Both the position numbers and the translations under genes were made by a program. Positions 15,303 to 28,201 of a stretch of 64,000 nt of DNA are shown here, in pieces (within the stretch, counting starts at the first letter, position 1; every line of letters begins with the position of its first letter). Below the pieces are notes generated by a model. It did not search any database. It was not told where the DNA came from and saw only the letters and a list, made by a program, of their open reading frames with translations. Source of the stretch: the human T2T-CHM13v2.0 reference genome, Homo sapiens; the NCBI RefSeq assembly GCF_009914755.1, contig NC_060932.1; one strand, 5' to 3'.

Positions 15303-15536
15303 CACCCATGAGCATGCATGATGAACCCAATTCCGACTTCACAGCAGCTCCTTCTCTGGGAGTTACCCATTGTTATCCATTCCTGTGAGGAACTGGATGG
15401 AAAGACTTCTTCTTTTGATTTATTATAAACAAGTGATAGAAGGATGTAGGAGTTTGTGCACAAAACCTAAGTAGTTTTTTCCCCACTGGAAAAGAATCTG
15501 CAATGCATCCAGTTGTCTTATGATTGAAGTCTTCTT

Positions 15537-15760
15537 GTTTTTTTAATTTTACTTTAAGTTCTGGGATACATGTGCAGAACATGCAGGTTTGTTACATAGG
15601 TGTACATGTGTCATGGTGGTTTGCTGCACATATCAACCCATCATCTACGTTTTAAGCCCCACATCCATTAGGTATTTATCCTAATGCTCTCCCTCCCCTT
15701 GTGCCCCGCCCCCTGGCATGCCCTGGTATGTGATGTTCCCCTCCCTGTGTCCATGTGTTG
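15537..15760 (-). mobile_element. L1PA 3' end fragment
   Basis: ttttactttaagttctgggatacatgtgcagaacatgcaggtttgttacatagg. Confidence 0.9.
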
Positions 15761-16419
15761 AGCTCTTTATTAGCATATTTTTCAATCAAGAGTATTGTAA
15801 ACTCCTTCTCTCAGGCATAATTAGATTTCCTTTACAGCTAGAGAACCTAGTCTAGGGTCTGATTTGGTCTGTTGCCCATCAGCCCACTGCCAATATTTCT
15901 AAAGCTCTATGCCCAGGAGAACAGCACTTTTCACCAAAAGCAAACAAACAAACAAACAAAAAACAAACAAACAAACAAAATGGCAGTCACGGTGCCTATA
16001 ATCACTGCACGCATGGCTACGCTTAACCGTAAGGGTCTTGTTTGTATTACCAAGTTATTACTCTGTTTTATGGCTCCTTTTTATTTCTCTGCATGCCCCT
16101 CCCTAGTTTTGTTTTTGTTTTTTAATCGTGATCCATGTTAGTCAAGGGATGGCCTGTCCCTGTCCTGGGCAATCTGCCCCTGCTCCCCTGTAGCTGGTGG
16201 TAAGCACATTCATGGCCCCTGCCTAACTATCTCTTTTAGAGATCAGGTGTGATTCTAAGGAAATGGGGGGTTACCTTTAGTTTCTTTCCACATCTGAGGT
16301 TCTAAGTTTCACCTCTTCTCCTCCCAGTGTCCCCAAATTGGGCAGGCTTAGACTGAGCCTCAGCCTTCATCAGTCACCAAGGGGTAGAACCCTCACCCAC
16401 ACACATGGGTAAGCAGGAT

Positions 16420-17127
16420 TAAAATTGCCTTTGCAAAATTATGTCAGTGAGAAAATTATAGCAGTGAGGGAAATCTGATCTAGCCAACCCCCACTCTCTT
16501 GCCTTTAGCTTTCAAGCTGCCTTAATTACTCCTAGGCTTAGGCCAAGCTAACTTTGGAAGACATTTAGGTTATAGTTTAAATAATAGCCCTAAATAATAG
16601 CCCTCCTCCCAAACTCGACAGCCTTTGAAAAGCTAATGAGAGACCACCAAGCTAGGGCAAAGAGATGAGCCTGAATTCTGCCAAGGTGTAGACATAAATG
16701 ATTCTCAACCATTATTCCAGAGGTGCTACAGATAGTGTCACTCCTGTAGACTGGCCTTTTGAGATATCTTTTCAGGTTTTTTACATGTCTGACACCCATG
16801 GTTCTACTTGGACCCACCAACCAATGGCTCCTGTGACCCCACCCAGGAGCAATTCAGCTCAAGAGGACAGCTTTGACCCCCTATGATTTCATCTCTGTCC
16901 CAACCAATCAGCAGCAAGCACCCATTGCCTAGCCACCCCCACTCCTACACTCAAACAGTCCTTAAAAACTCCTAAACTACAAGCCTTCCATGAGATGAGA
17001 TTCATTTGAGGAATAACGCCATCTCCCATGTGGCATGCCCAGCCTCGTGTCAATTAACTCTTTTTCTACTGCAATGCTGTGGTCTTTGTTTGCGCAGCAG
17101 GCAGGAAGAACCCATCAGGTGGTTACA
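16420..17127 (+). mobile_element. LTR8-family (LTR8B/8A-like) ERV1 solo LTR
   Basis: Starts taaaattgcctttgcaaaattatg and ends ggttaca; flanks GGAT/GGGT. Confidence 0.8.
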
Positions 17128-17552
17128 GGGTGTCTTCCCATCAGGCCATGGGGGTGGGGCCACACCCATCAACCTCCCTCCTATGCCAAATCTCCTGCCT
17201 GCCCCAGTTACCCAAGGAATCAGTCAGTGTCACCGGGGAGACATAAATCTCACCAGTTATTTTAACAGAGAGAATTTAAATTAAAGGTTTGCTGACTAGG
17301 TATGAAGTTGGTAACTAGGTAAGAGGAAGGGAAAAGAGGAGGCCTCTTGCCAGTAGCTAGTGATGGAGGAGGGATGGGCAGGGGCACCAGGGGTGCCCCA
17401 CTTCTCTGAAGGTCTGTGGGGCAGAGCAAAGGCCACCGTGTCCCCTCTCTCTGCTTCCACTTCAATCTCTAAGAAAGCCTGAGCCAAGCCTAGCCTCAGC
17501 CTCCATCACTGGAAACTGCTTCAGGGTTAACCTTTGAGGAGAGATTTTGAAC

Positions 17553-18285
17553 TGTAACCACCCAATGGGTTTACCTTGCTCACTGCCTAGACAGAACCAG
17601 TTTATCAAGACAGGGGAACTGCAATAAAGAAAGAGTAATCCACACAGAGCCAGCTGTGTGGTAGACCAAAGTTTGATTATTGCTCAAATCAGTCTCCCTG
17701 AGCATTCAGGGGTCAGAGTTTTTAAAGATAATTTAGTGGGTAAGGGCTTGGGAAGTGGGGAGTGCTGATTGGTCAGGTTGGAAATGGAATCATAGGGAGT
17801 GAAAGTGAGGTTTTCTTAATGTCTTCTGTTCCTGGGTGCGATGGCAGAACTGGTTTGGACCAGATTACTGGTCTGGGTGGTGTCAACTGATCCATCGAGT
17901 GCAGGGTTTGCAAAATATCTCAGGCACTGATCTTAGGTTTTTACAATAGTGTTGTTATCCCCAGGAGCAATTTGGGGAGGTTCAGACTCTTGGAGCCAGA
18001 GGCTGCATGACCCCCACATGGTAATTTCTAATCTTGTAGCTAATGTGTTAGTCCTGCAAAGGCAGACTGGACCCCAGGCAAGAAGAGGGTCTTTTCAGGA
18101 AAGGGCTGTTAGCAGTTTTGTTTCACAGTCAAACCATGAACTAAATTCCTTCCCAAAGTTAGTTCAGCCTATGCCCAGGAATGAACAAGGACAGCTTAAC
18201 AGTTAGAAGCAAGAAAGAGTTGGTTAGGTCTGATTTCTTTCACTGTCATAATTCCCTCAGTTATAATTTTGCAAAGGCAGTTTCA
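17553..18285 (-). mobile_element. LTR8 ERV1 solo LTR
   Basis: On the minus strand it starts TGAAACTGCCTTTGCAAAATTATAAC and ends GGTTACA; perfect 4-bp TSD GAAC. Confidence 0.88.
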
Positions 18286-18647
18286 GAACCAGTGAAAGGT
18301 GAGTGCTGGGTTAAGGTGGCTTGAGGGAAATTCTCCAGCTGGGTGTTTCTCTTTTGTCCCATTTTCCTTCTTCCCACCTCTCCATTCTCTCTGCTTTTAT
18401 GCCCCACCCTGCCTGGGCACCGACTGCTCTCTCTTCTCTCATGGCCTGAAAGGTTGCCCATAAGGATGGAAGTGCTCAGTGTCTCTCTGTTCTCAGTGGG
18501 CTGTTAAAAACGTAACTGCACATCCCTGATCCACATACACAGTCTGCTGCTTATAGGAGAACTTCTCAAGTTTTAGGGTACTGAATTATAAGGTCTCCAA
18601 AGCATAGAACACATGGGGTTCTAGAACTTGAATTTATGTTACAATAA

Positions 18648-18797
18648 AGCAGTGATTAAAAAAAAATACTCTAAGTCTGAGCTCTACTCCCAGAGATTCT
18701 GATATTGGTGTCTGGAGTGGGATCCACTTGGGCATGAGGATTTCAAAAAGCTTCCCAACTGCTTTAAAAGTGCAACCGAGGTTGAGAACTATGCCCT
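18648..18797. mobile_element. MER5-like MITE
   Basis: cccagagattctgatattggtgtctggagtggg...gaggttgagaact. Confidence 0.65.
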
Positions 18798-19067
18798 AAG
18801 ATACACACAAATACAGCAAATAAATGCCATTATCAAAATTATAAGAATGGAGCAGTCTCAGTGAGGTGTAAAGAAATGTGTGGCTAAGCACAATCCTCCA
18901 TTGTCATCAATCCCTGCTTTCTGATGTTGGCTCCACCCAACTGGGCTTGAGTAGGAATCTTTAACTCATCTTGAACTCTTTCTAAGACACTAGTAGTTCC
19001 AGAGTTTTCAACAATTCTACCAGGTTTTTATAAACTTCTTTCTTTTACCACAGGTTTTGATTTCTCT

Positions 19068-19672
19068 GAGACAGAGAGAGAGAGAAAGTGAGAGAGGGAG
19101 GGAGGGATGGAGAAGGAAAAGAGAAAGAGGGGAAGGGAAGAGAGAGGGCAAAGAGAGAGACAGGAGAGAGAGGGAGAGAAAGAGAAAGGATGGGGGGAGA
19201 GAGAGAAGGAAGAAAAGAGAAAGAAGGAGGGAGAAAAGGGCAAGAGAGAGGGCAAAGAGGGAAGAGAGAGGGAGAGAGAAAGGGAGAGATGGGGAAGAGA
19301 GAGGGAGAAAGATAGAGAAAGAAGGGGGGAAAGAGAGGGAAGAGAGGGAGCATGGACAGAGGGAAAGAGACAGACAGGGAGGGAGAGAGGGGGAAGAGAG
19401 AGGGCAAAGAGGGAAGAGAGAGGGAGAGGGAGAGATGGGGAAGGAGAGGGAGAAAGAGAAATGAGGGAAAGAGGAGGAAGAGAGGGAGCAAGGACAGAAG
19501 GAAAGAGAGAGACAGGGAGGGAGAGAGGGGGAAGAGAGAGGGCAAAGAGGGAAAAGAGGGAGAGGGAGAGAGAAAGGGAGACATGGGGAAGAGAGAGGGG
19601 GAGGGAGAATGAGAAGGAAGGAAAAAATGGGAGGGGGGAAGGGGCAAGGAGAGAGAGACAGTGAGAGAGAGG
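19068..19672. repeat. About 600-bp GA-rich polypurine tract with degenerate higher-order units of about 140-150 bp
   Basis: Almost purely A/G on the + strand; the block GAGAGAGGGCAAAGAG recurs four times. Confidence 0.93.
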
Positions 19673-19900
19673 AAGCAGTTGCCTTGGGCCCTGAGTCTCA
19701 GGCAGCAGTGACAGCTTCCTCCCTACCAGCTAAACAGGGCCTTTTCTTGTCTTCTAGCTTGAGGCAACATCTGCCTTTCCTCCCCAGTGGTGCCATAACA
19801 AAAGCTCATGGCCATATAACCCGTCAACTTGTCTGTCCTCTTTCCAGCATCAAGAATCCACGTTTCTTCCAGAGGGAAAAATAAAAGAAAGAACTTTTAT

Positions 19901-20040
19901 AGACACAATGCAGCAAGATTTGAAAATATAGACTTAACATGGTTTTGATCATAGAGGGTATCTAGAATGCAGACACAATGCAGCAAGATTTGAAAATATA
20001 GACTTAACATGGTTTTGATCATAGAGGGTATCTAGAATGC
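19901..20040. repeat. Perfect 70-bp tandem duplication
   Basis: 19901-19970 is identical to 19971-20040. Confidence 0.97.
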
Positions 20041-21629
20041 CGTCCCATCCAGATTTCAGAGATCAATATCAATTTTCTCTTTGTCCCTAATCAGATCACA
20101 GTATGTGGTTGAGATAAGTGGGGTGTATTGAGTTATGGGGTGGTACTCAGACAGAAGAAAAAGACACAAACTCATCTTATTCTGGGTAATTCAATTGGAA
20201 TGGAAAGAAAGGGAAAAGGAATGAAGGAAGAACCCAAGGTCAGCTGCTAACGCTGCCTGCACATGGTATGATGCCTTCAGAGCAAATGATAACATGGCTC
20301 TCTTTTCAATGCTCTCCTTGGCATGGAGATGCTGATGTTGTATTTTAATAATATAATAACACTTCAATTAACCAGCCTTACAGCCATGCTCCACAGACAA
20401 CACATTCCTTCATGTCATCTGGTGCTTTTTATTATTACACTTTGGATGATGTGTCCTCAACAAGGATCATTCCTCTCCTTTCTTAAGCAGAGCTTATTGG
20501 TTATAATTTAACATTGGAAATGAGCAAGAGTCACCATTTATGATGATTGTAAGGTACTTGTGCAGGATGAAAGTGGCATCTCCCAAGGGAGAGACCGGGG
20601 ATCAGAAAGGAGCTACTCTAAGCTGTTATTTATCTAAGCTGCACCACCCCGTGGAGATGGATAAGACAGGGCCCATCTCTGTTTAAGTGGTGGCTTTAGT
20701 GATATCAGCCCGGAACAGGGTGGAGAAGAGGCCCCTTAGCAGGATCATGCCGAGAAACAGGGTCCAAGAGTAAGCCCTCCTCATACAGGACGAGGCAGTG
20801 TTGTGTCCTAAATGATAATAATAATTGCTTTGGAGAGATGTGCTTGCCCACAGATAACCTACAAAGCCACAGTTCTTGCTGGAGATGCTGAAGCCATGGG
20901 ATTAGAGTCCATTTCTCCCATGTCAGAGTTGACAAACCTGGACAGAGGAGGGTCTCCACTGATTTTTGGCCAAAGCCTGAGCTCTGGAGTTTTCCACTGA
21001 CAGATGGAGAAGGGTAGAGTTCCCAAAGCAAGGGGCGTGGGGATCCCGGGCAGGAGACCTGCAGAGGGGCTGTTAGGAGCAGAGACAGTGAGCGGTCAGG
21101 AGAAAGATAGCCTTGGAAGGTCTCAGCCTGGGAGATTCCTCTCCTTAGCCACAAGGGCCCAGGCTCTTGTCCTCCCCTGCTGTGCAGGGAAACAGCCACC
21201 TGGCCCTTCGGTGGTTCAGCCAGACTAGGGAGACAGAGAAGCTTGAGATGGGAAGGTATTTGCTTCCTGATTGCCACAGGCTGAAATGCAGTTAAGCGTC
21301 AACCCCATTTCTCCCCTCCTCCACCCACACTTAAAAAATATCTTTGGTCGTGCCACCCTGACCCCTGGAAGCCATAAACAGGCGATATTCCAGGCCAAAT
21401 GGCTGAGAGACTTGTCACTGATTGTCCTCAACCTCCCTGCCCTGCATACTCACCTCCTGGGCTACAAAAGATCACCCCTCAGGGCAGAAAGTGAGGGACT
21501 CTTCTCTGCACCCACGATAGACCGTGTGGGTCTTTAGTTTCTAGTTTCCTCCCTCATTGTCAAGCTGTCAGTGTTTTTTTATTATTATTCTTATGAAAAA
21601 GGGACAGGGGGCACTGATGAGGTTGTTTT

Positions 21630-22230
21630 AGCCAAAGATGCATAGTCTAAACCCAATCACGAAGAGACATCAGACAAACCCACATATTATAAAACAGCTG
21701 GCCTGTACCTCTCAAAAATGTCCATGTTATGAAAGGTAAGGAAAGGCTGAGGAAATGTTCTAGATTAAAGGAATCAAAGAGACGTGATAAATACATGTAA
21801 CACAGCATCCTGGGCTGGATACTCTACTGGAAAATGTTGGCAATACCGGCTATAACTAGGGCAACCGATGATATTTGAATGCAGATTATAGATAAAATGA
21901 TAGTATCTTACCCATAATCAATGTTGAATTTTCTGAATTTGATCATCATACTAGGGTTATGTGAGAAAGTGTACTTGTTTTTGGGGAATACCCAAAAACA
22001 TTAAGGGATAAAGGAACATGACATATGCAACCTACTTTGAAATCATTCAGAAAAAGTATGCACAAAAAGTATGCACAAATAGACACACACGGACAGGCAA
22101 AGAATGATACAGCAAAGCAAATGTAGCAAAATGTCAACAAGTTGATACAGTGTCTGTAGGAGTTCTTTGTACTATTATTGCAACTTTTCTGTAAGTTTGA
22201 AATTCTTTTGAAGAAAAAAGAAAAATATCA
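21630..22230 (+). mobile_element. L1MC/ME 3' end
   Basis: gaaaggctgaggaaatgttctagattaaagg...gttctttgtactattattgcaacttttctgtaagtttgaaatt. Confidence 0.75.
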
Positions 22231-23359
22231 AAAGAAAGTGATGGGGAACTCCAAAAGAAAAGATCATGGAAGGACCCTTTAAATAGAAGCAATTCATATA
22301 GAAACTAGAGGAGTTAAAAAAAAAAAAAAAAGAAGTAAATAGAAGCAATTCAAATAATAGGAAAAATGTTCAACACCACTAACAAACCAAGTAGTGCAAG
22401 GTGGTACTTTTTAAAATCTCATCCCATTAACCTACTGCAGAAAAGGATAACAACCACTTTTGGTGAGGAATCAGTGACACAGGAACTCTCGTCCCTGCTC
22501 GTAAATGGACAGTGTTTCTGAAAAACAACTTGAGACTTTAAAATGCTTTTAGACTCAGACCTTGTAATAGAATTCTTAAAAACTTATCCAAAAGAAAAAA
22601 AAATCAGAGCTAGGGACAGAGATTTATATCTAAGCATATTCTCTATGATGTTATTTACAATGGAGAAAAACAGCATGATTTAAGTGTCCAAAAATAGCAC
22701 AAAGGATAAATAAATAACACGTGTATATAGGAAAATACTGTGTAGTCATTTAGAGCTGTGTTTCAAAAAAACATTGTTTTCCCTGGCACAATCCTGCCCA
22801 CCTCCCAACCTTCTCTCACTCTAGCCAGTCCACCCCTCTTTCCTGGGAAGATGAACCTGCTAGGACTTCAAACTCACCACGGAGCCCTTGGGGCACATTA
22901 AGGATCACAACAAAAGACTTTTGCTCGCAATTTTAACCTATTGATCCAGCAGCCCTTTATCCTGAATCTCCTGCTTCTGGTTCCTGAATCCTCTTGATTC
23001 TACCCTTGGCTTTTGAGGTTTTTCTTCTTTTATTGCATTGGTCTGAATTTCTGTCCTGGATTTATGTCAGTATCAGCCTGAAGCCTCTCACCAGGACTCA
23101 AGATGTTGCCCCAGGTTCTTCCCCTTTTGCTCCACTCTGCCAGTGCAGCCTTCCTGACTGACAGCTCTGCGTTGCATTCTTCAGGCAGTTAACACACAGC
23201 CCCACTGCCAGTGCCAGCTCTGACTTTCTAAGCTCTGGCTGGAGTTAACTCCTTGGCTTCCGATACCAAGGAGGTAATTTTATTTGGTGAAAACTAAGAT
23301 TTGGAGCAGAGAGATATAAATCTAACACGATCTTAGTCCACAGCCCTCACTTGTCTCAC

Positions 23360-26150
23360 GGGTTATTTAGAAGTGTGTTGTTTGGTTTCCAAATATTTGA
23401 AGACTTTTCCAGATTTCTTTTTGTTATTGACTTCTAATTTAATTCCACTGTGGTCAGAGAACATACTCTGTATGAGTTCCATATTTTAAAATTTATTGAG
23501 ACTTATTTTATGACTCAGGATATGGTCTATCTTGGTAAATGTTCCATGTACACTAGAAATTAATGTGCACTCTGATGTTGATTACAGAGTATTCTATAAG
23601 TCTCAATTAGGTAAAGTTAGTTGATACACTGTTCAATTCTTTAATATCCTTACTGAGTTTTTCTACTTGTTCTATCAGTTATCAAGAGCGGGTATTGAGA
23701 TTTCCAACTATAATTATGGATTTGGCTATTTCTCCTTTGAGTTTTATTAGCTTTTGCTTTGTGCATTTTGAAACTTATTAGGTGCATAACTAGGATTATT
23801 ATGTCCTCTTGATGAATTAACCACTTTATCACTATGCAGTGATGATCCTCCTTATCATTAGTAATATTCCTTGCTCTGAAATTTACTTTGTCTAATATTG
23901 ATATAGAAACTCTGTCTTTAGATTAGTATTTACAAATATCTATCTTCCATCCTTTTACTTTTAACATATTTATGTCTTTATATTTAAAGTGGGTTTCTAC
24001 CAGACAACATATACTGAGGGCTTCTTTTTAAAAAATCTAACTTGGTAACCTCTGCCTTATTTAATTAGTGTTTTACACCATTTACATTTAATGTGTTTAT
24101 ATGATTGGATTTAAATCTACTATCTGGCTATTTGTTTTCTGTTTGTACCTTCTATCATTTGTTTATTTCCTATTCTTTCCTTTCTTGGATTATTTGAGCA
24201 TTTTAAATATACATTTTATCTCTTTAAGTTGTTTGCTAGATATAACTCTCTTGTTTTTCTAGTGGTTGCTCTAGGGTTTCTAGTGTATATCTTTAGCTTA
24301 CCACAGTTTACCTTATACATTATACAACTGTGTATATTGTATAAAAATCTTGCAACAACATGCTTCCATTTCTCCCTTCCTGCCCTTTGTGCTTTTGTCA
24401 TACATTTAAATTCTACATGCTATAAACTCCACAATGTATTGTTATTGGTTTTGTTTTAAACTACCTTTTAAATAGATTTGAGAAAAATAAGAAAAAGTAT
24501 TTTATATTTGCCCACATATTTACTAATTTTGGTACTTGCTTTGGTATGTCTGAAAAGTCTATTTCACTTCATTTTTGGAAAATGTTTTTTGCTAGATGAA
24601 CATTTTTTTCCTTCAATTTTTAAAAAGGTTGCTCCACGGACTTTTGGCTTACATCGTTTCTGCTGTCATTGTTTTTATTCGTTTGGATGTATTATCCACT
24701 TGTCATCTGCTTACAAGTCTGCTGTCATTGTTTTTATTCCTTTGGATGTATTATCCACCACTGCCTTTGCAGCCTCCCCTTCACCCCTAACACACCCAGC
24801 TGGTTTTAAGATTTTCTTTTCATCACTGGTTTTCAGCAATTTGATTATGATGTGTTTTGGTGTATTTTTTCTTATTTTTCTTTTGCTTCAGAGTCATTGA
24901 GCATTTTGGATCTGTGGGTTTATAATTTTTATCAAGTTTGGAAAAACCTCAGACATTATTCTCTTAAATATTTTTTCCTATATCCCCACATCTTTACTGT
25001 TCTTCTGTGGTTCTAGTAATGTATATTTTAGGGTGCTCGATGTTTTATTGATGCACTGTTCATTTTTTTCCTCCTTGTGTTTCATTTTGGGTAAGTTCTA
25101 TTGCTCTGTCTTTGAGTTTACTTATCCTTTCTTCTACCCTACCTAGTCTGCTGTTAATCCCATATAGACACTGAGACTTTTTAAATCTCTCCAAGTTCTA
25201 TTTGAGTCTTGAATTTCTTCCATGTCTCTTCTCATTGTGTTTATGCTTTATTCTATCTTCTTGAGCATCTGGAGTAAATTTCTTATAGCAATTTTAATAA
25301 CCTTGTCTACTAACTCTATCACCTGAGTTATTTCTGGGTCTATTTCTATTGATTTTTCTCATTATTGTTCATATTTTCCTGCTTCTTCATATGCCTGGAA
25401 GTTTTTGTTTTGATGCCATACATTGTCAATTTTCCATTGTTGAGCGCTGGAATTTTTTATGCCTAAATGTTTTCATGTTTTCTTCTGGGATGCAGTTAAG
25501 TTACTTGGAAACAGTATGATTCTTCTGAAGTTTTTTTAAAACCTTTATTAGGTGGATGCCTAACAGCCTTTCACTGAGGACTATTTTGACCCCACTACTA
25601 AGGCAATATTCTTCTGATCAGTCTACTCGATGCTTCAGGTGTAAGGTCTTCCACTATGGCTAACCTAGCTTGAACTGAGCTTTGCGGACTTTTCTGCTGG
25701 CTTCATTCCAGGGGTTCTTTCCTCATTTTTGGTAGTTTCCTCACAGGCATATGCTTATCAGTACTCAGATAAAGAATCAAAGGAGACCCACTTCACATCT
25801 CTGGAGCTCTCTGTCCTGCTCTCTTCTCCATGGTAATCTTCCCTGTGAATTCTAATCACCTTGGACTCTTCAAACTCTGATCTCTGTCCCCTCAACTCAG
25901 GGAGAACACTCAGTTCCTTTGGGGCTTCCCTTTCCTGTGCTGTGGTCTGGAAACTCAACCAAGTCATAAGATAGAGCATTGTAGGCCTCACCTTATCTCC
26001 CTCCCTTCTTTCAGGGGTGACTGTGTTGCACTATTTTCCCATATCTAAAAATTGTTGTTTCATAATTTTTGTTTGTTTGTTGTTGTTGTTGTTGTTTAAC
26101 CAGAGGGTAAATCTGGTCCTGTTACTCCACCATGGCTGGAGGTGGAAGTC
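23360..26150 (-). mobile_element. Ancient L1M body (degenerate ORF1 and ORF2 endonuclease region)
   Basis: ORF 23650..23832(-) MIKWLIHQEDIIIL resembles the L1 ORF2p EN motif MIKGSIHQEDITIL; the + strand is T-rich. Confidence 0.8.
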
Positions 26151-26679
26151 CTCTACATCCCTCTCGTGAAATATGAAAAGTGAACTATACAAACTGCAAT
26201 AGAACGCTATGTGTTTAGAAGTTTAATGTGAAAATGAACCACTGAGACATAACCACATGGCTAAATCCCTTTTTCTCCTACTTAGGCAAAAGATATTATA
26301 ACAAAAAGAAAAGAATTTAAAATCCTAGAATTTCAAAGGAGCAAAAGATGTTTTAATCATCCAGTTCCTCTCTTTCCTTTTGTATATGAGGAAATAAAAT
26401 CTCAGAGGTGTTAAGGAATTGTCATATTAGTATTGGTCAGAGCTGGGATCAGAACCCAAGTTTCCCAACAGACAAGCCACTGAACCATGTTATTTCCATT
26501 CTGCCCATAAACAATAGTGACCATTTATCAAGTACTATTAAGTACAATGTGTCCATATTTTGTAAGCATTATCCTAAACTTCCTGACAACCCTAGCAGTA
26601 TCAGGGTAGGTACTACCATTGTCACCATTTTACAGATAAATTACCTGAAGCTCAGGGGGTTTAAATAATTTGTCTAAGA

Positions 26680-28053
26680 CAGCTGTTCTCAAATATGGTC
26701 CCTGAAACTCTTCCGTGGGGTCTGCTGGGTTAAACTGTTTTTATAATAATACTAAGATGTTATTTTCCTTTTCTACCATGTTCACACTTGTACTAAAGGT
26801 GTAAAAGCAAAGATGGGTAAAACAACTTGCACCTTGGCATGAACCAAAGCAGTGGCACCAAACTACATTCAAAACTCTTGTATTTTTCACCGTCATGAAC
26901 TTTCAGGGCTTTTAAAAAGCCAGTTGGACTTTAAAATGTTCTAAATGAAACAGTATGTTATTAATTGTATTAATTATGGACATCTATGTAGATGTCATTT
27001 TATTATTCTGTGGGACAAAATGGGAAATACACTTAAAGCACTTCTGCAAAGAAAAGCATTTCCTTGAGTGTCTGAGTTTCAGGCTGAACTTGACACTTTT
27101 TTCTTGGAACATCATTTTTATTTGAAATAATGACTGACAAACTATAGTTCATCATATACAGTTATATAGTAAACACTTTCCTAAAAATGAGGAAAGTGAA
27201 TCTATCACTTCAAAGAAAGCAACTGACAACATTTGTCATCAATGATAAGATGAGCTTTTGGGGGGGAGATGGAATTTTGTAAAACATATTTTTCACTGTG
27301 AGCTTGACAGCTTCCCAATACTGCAATACTTTCCTGATGAGATTGGTGAAGACACTAACAAAATGATTTCATGGTAGTATACAATAAAATGCATCAACAC
27401 TTGGAATATTTGCTTAACTCAGCGAATAAATATTTTCAAGATGAGCAATGCCTGATATCACAAAATCATGCATTAGTAAAAAAAATCATTCAAAGTACAA
27501 AATCAACCAGTGCACTTTAATGTAATAGCATTTGAAAAATGTTCACTGATAATGCTTTCAGATCCACACCACAATTAACTTTTAAGAAACTGCCATCTGC
27601 CTTTGTAGAATCAAAATATATCCCAAAATTACCTGAAAAAGCTATTAAAATACTTCCTTGTATTCCAACTGTATATCTGTGTGAGACTGAATTTTTTTCA
27701 TATACATCAACCAAAACAATATATTGCAACAGAGTAGATGAAGAAACTGATATGAGAATCCAGCTGTGTTCTATTAAGCCAGGGAATAAAGAGATTTGCA
27801 AAAGTGTAAAACAATGTTACTCTTCTCAGTACCTTTTTTTTAAATAGCTTTTTACATAACAATGGGTTATTTTTGTTAACACGTAATGGGTTTATTATTG
27901 TTACTTCTAAAAAAGTTAGTAAATAATTACTTACATTTTCTCCTATTTAATTTCGAATAGTCAATATCATCAGACATAACCCACATAAACAAAGGCTCCT
28001 CAGCGTCCTTTAAAAGTGAAGAGTCCTGAGATCAAAATGTTTAGGAAGTGCTG
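26680..28053 (+). mobile_element. Charlie1a-like hAT DNA transposon inserted into a MIR
   Basis: TIRs cagctgttctcaaa / tttaggaagtgctg with a degenerate 8-bp TSD. ORF 27539..27847 (KAIKILPCIPTVYLCETEFFSYTSTKT...DMRIQLCSIKP) is a decayed hAT dimerisation domain. Confidence 0.87.
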
Positions 28054-28201
28054 GCCTTAGATAACACATCTGAGAAGTGATGAAGCCGGGTCTATGTTCA
28101 TCTGGCTCCCAAACCCATTTTGTTTCCAGGATACGATGTTGCCTCCTTACCCAAAGTCTCATCAGTACTAAAATGAAAAACAGAATTGGATTCCTAAAAG
28201 C

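Noticed and set aside
16420-18285. Two LTR8s as the ends of one provirus
   Set aside because: They have opposite orientation and separate TSDs, and there is no PBS or gag/pol sequence between them.
19028-19664. R/E/G-rich and S/L/P/F-rich ORFs of up to 200 aa
   Set aside because: These are translations of the polypurine tract, which lacks stop codons by composition.
27539-27847. hAT-like ORF as a possible domesticated transposase gene
   Set aside because: It is only a degraded C-terminal fragment within an internally deleted Charlie element, and the upstream frame is broken.
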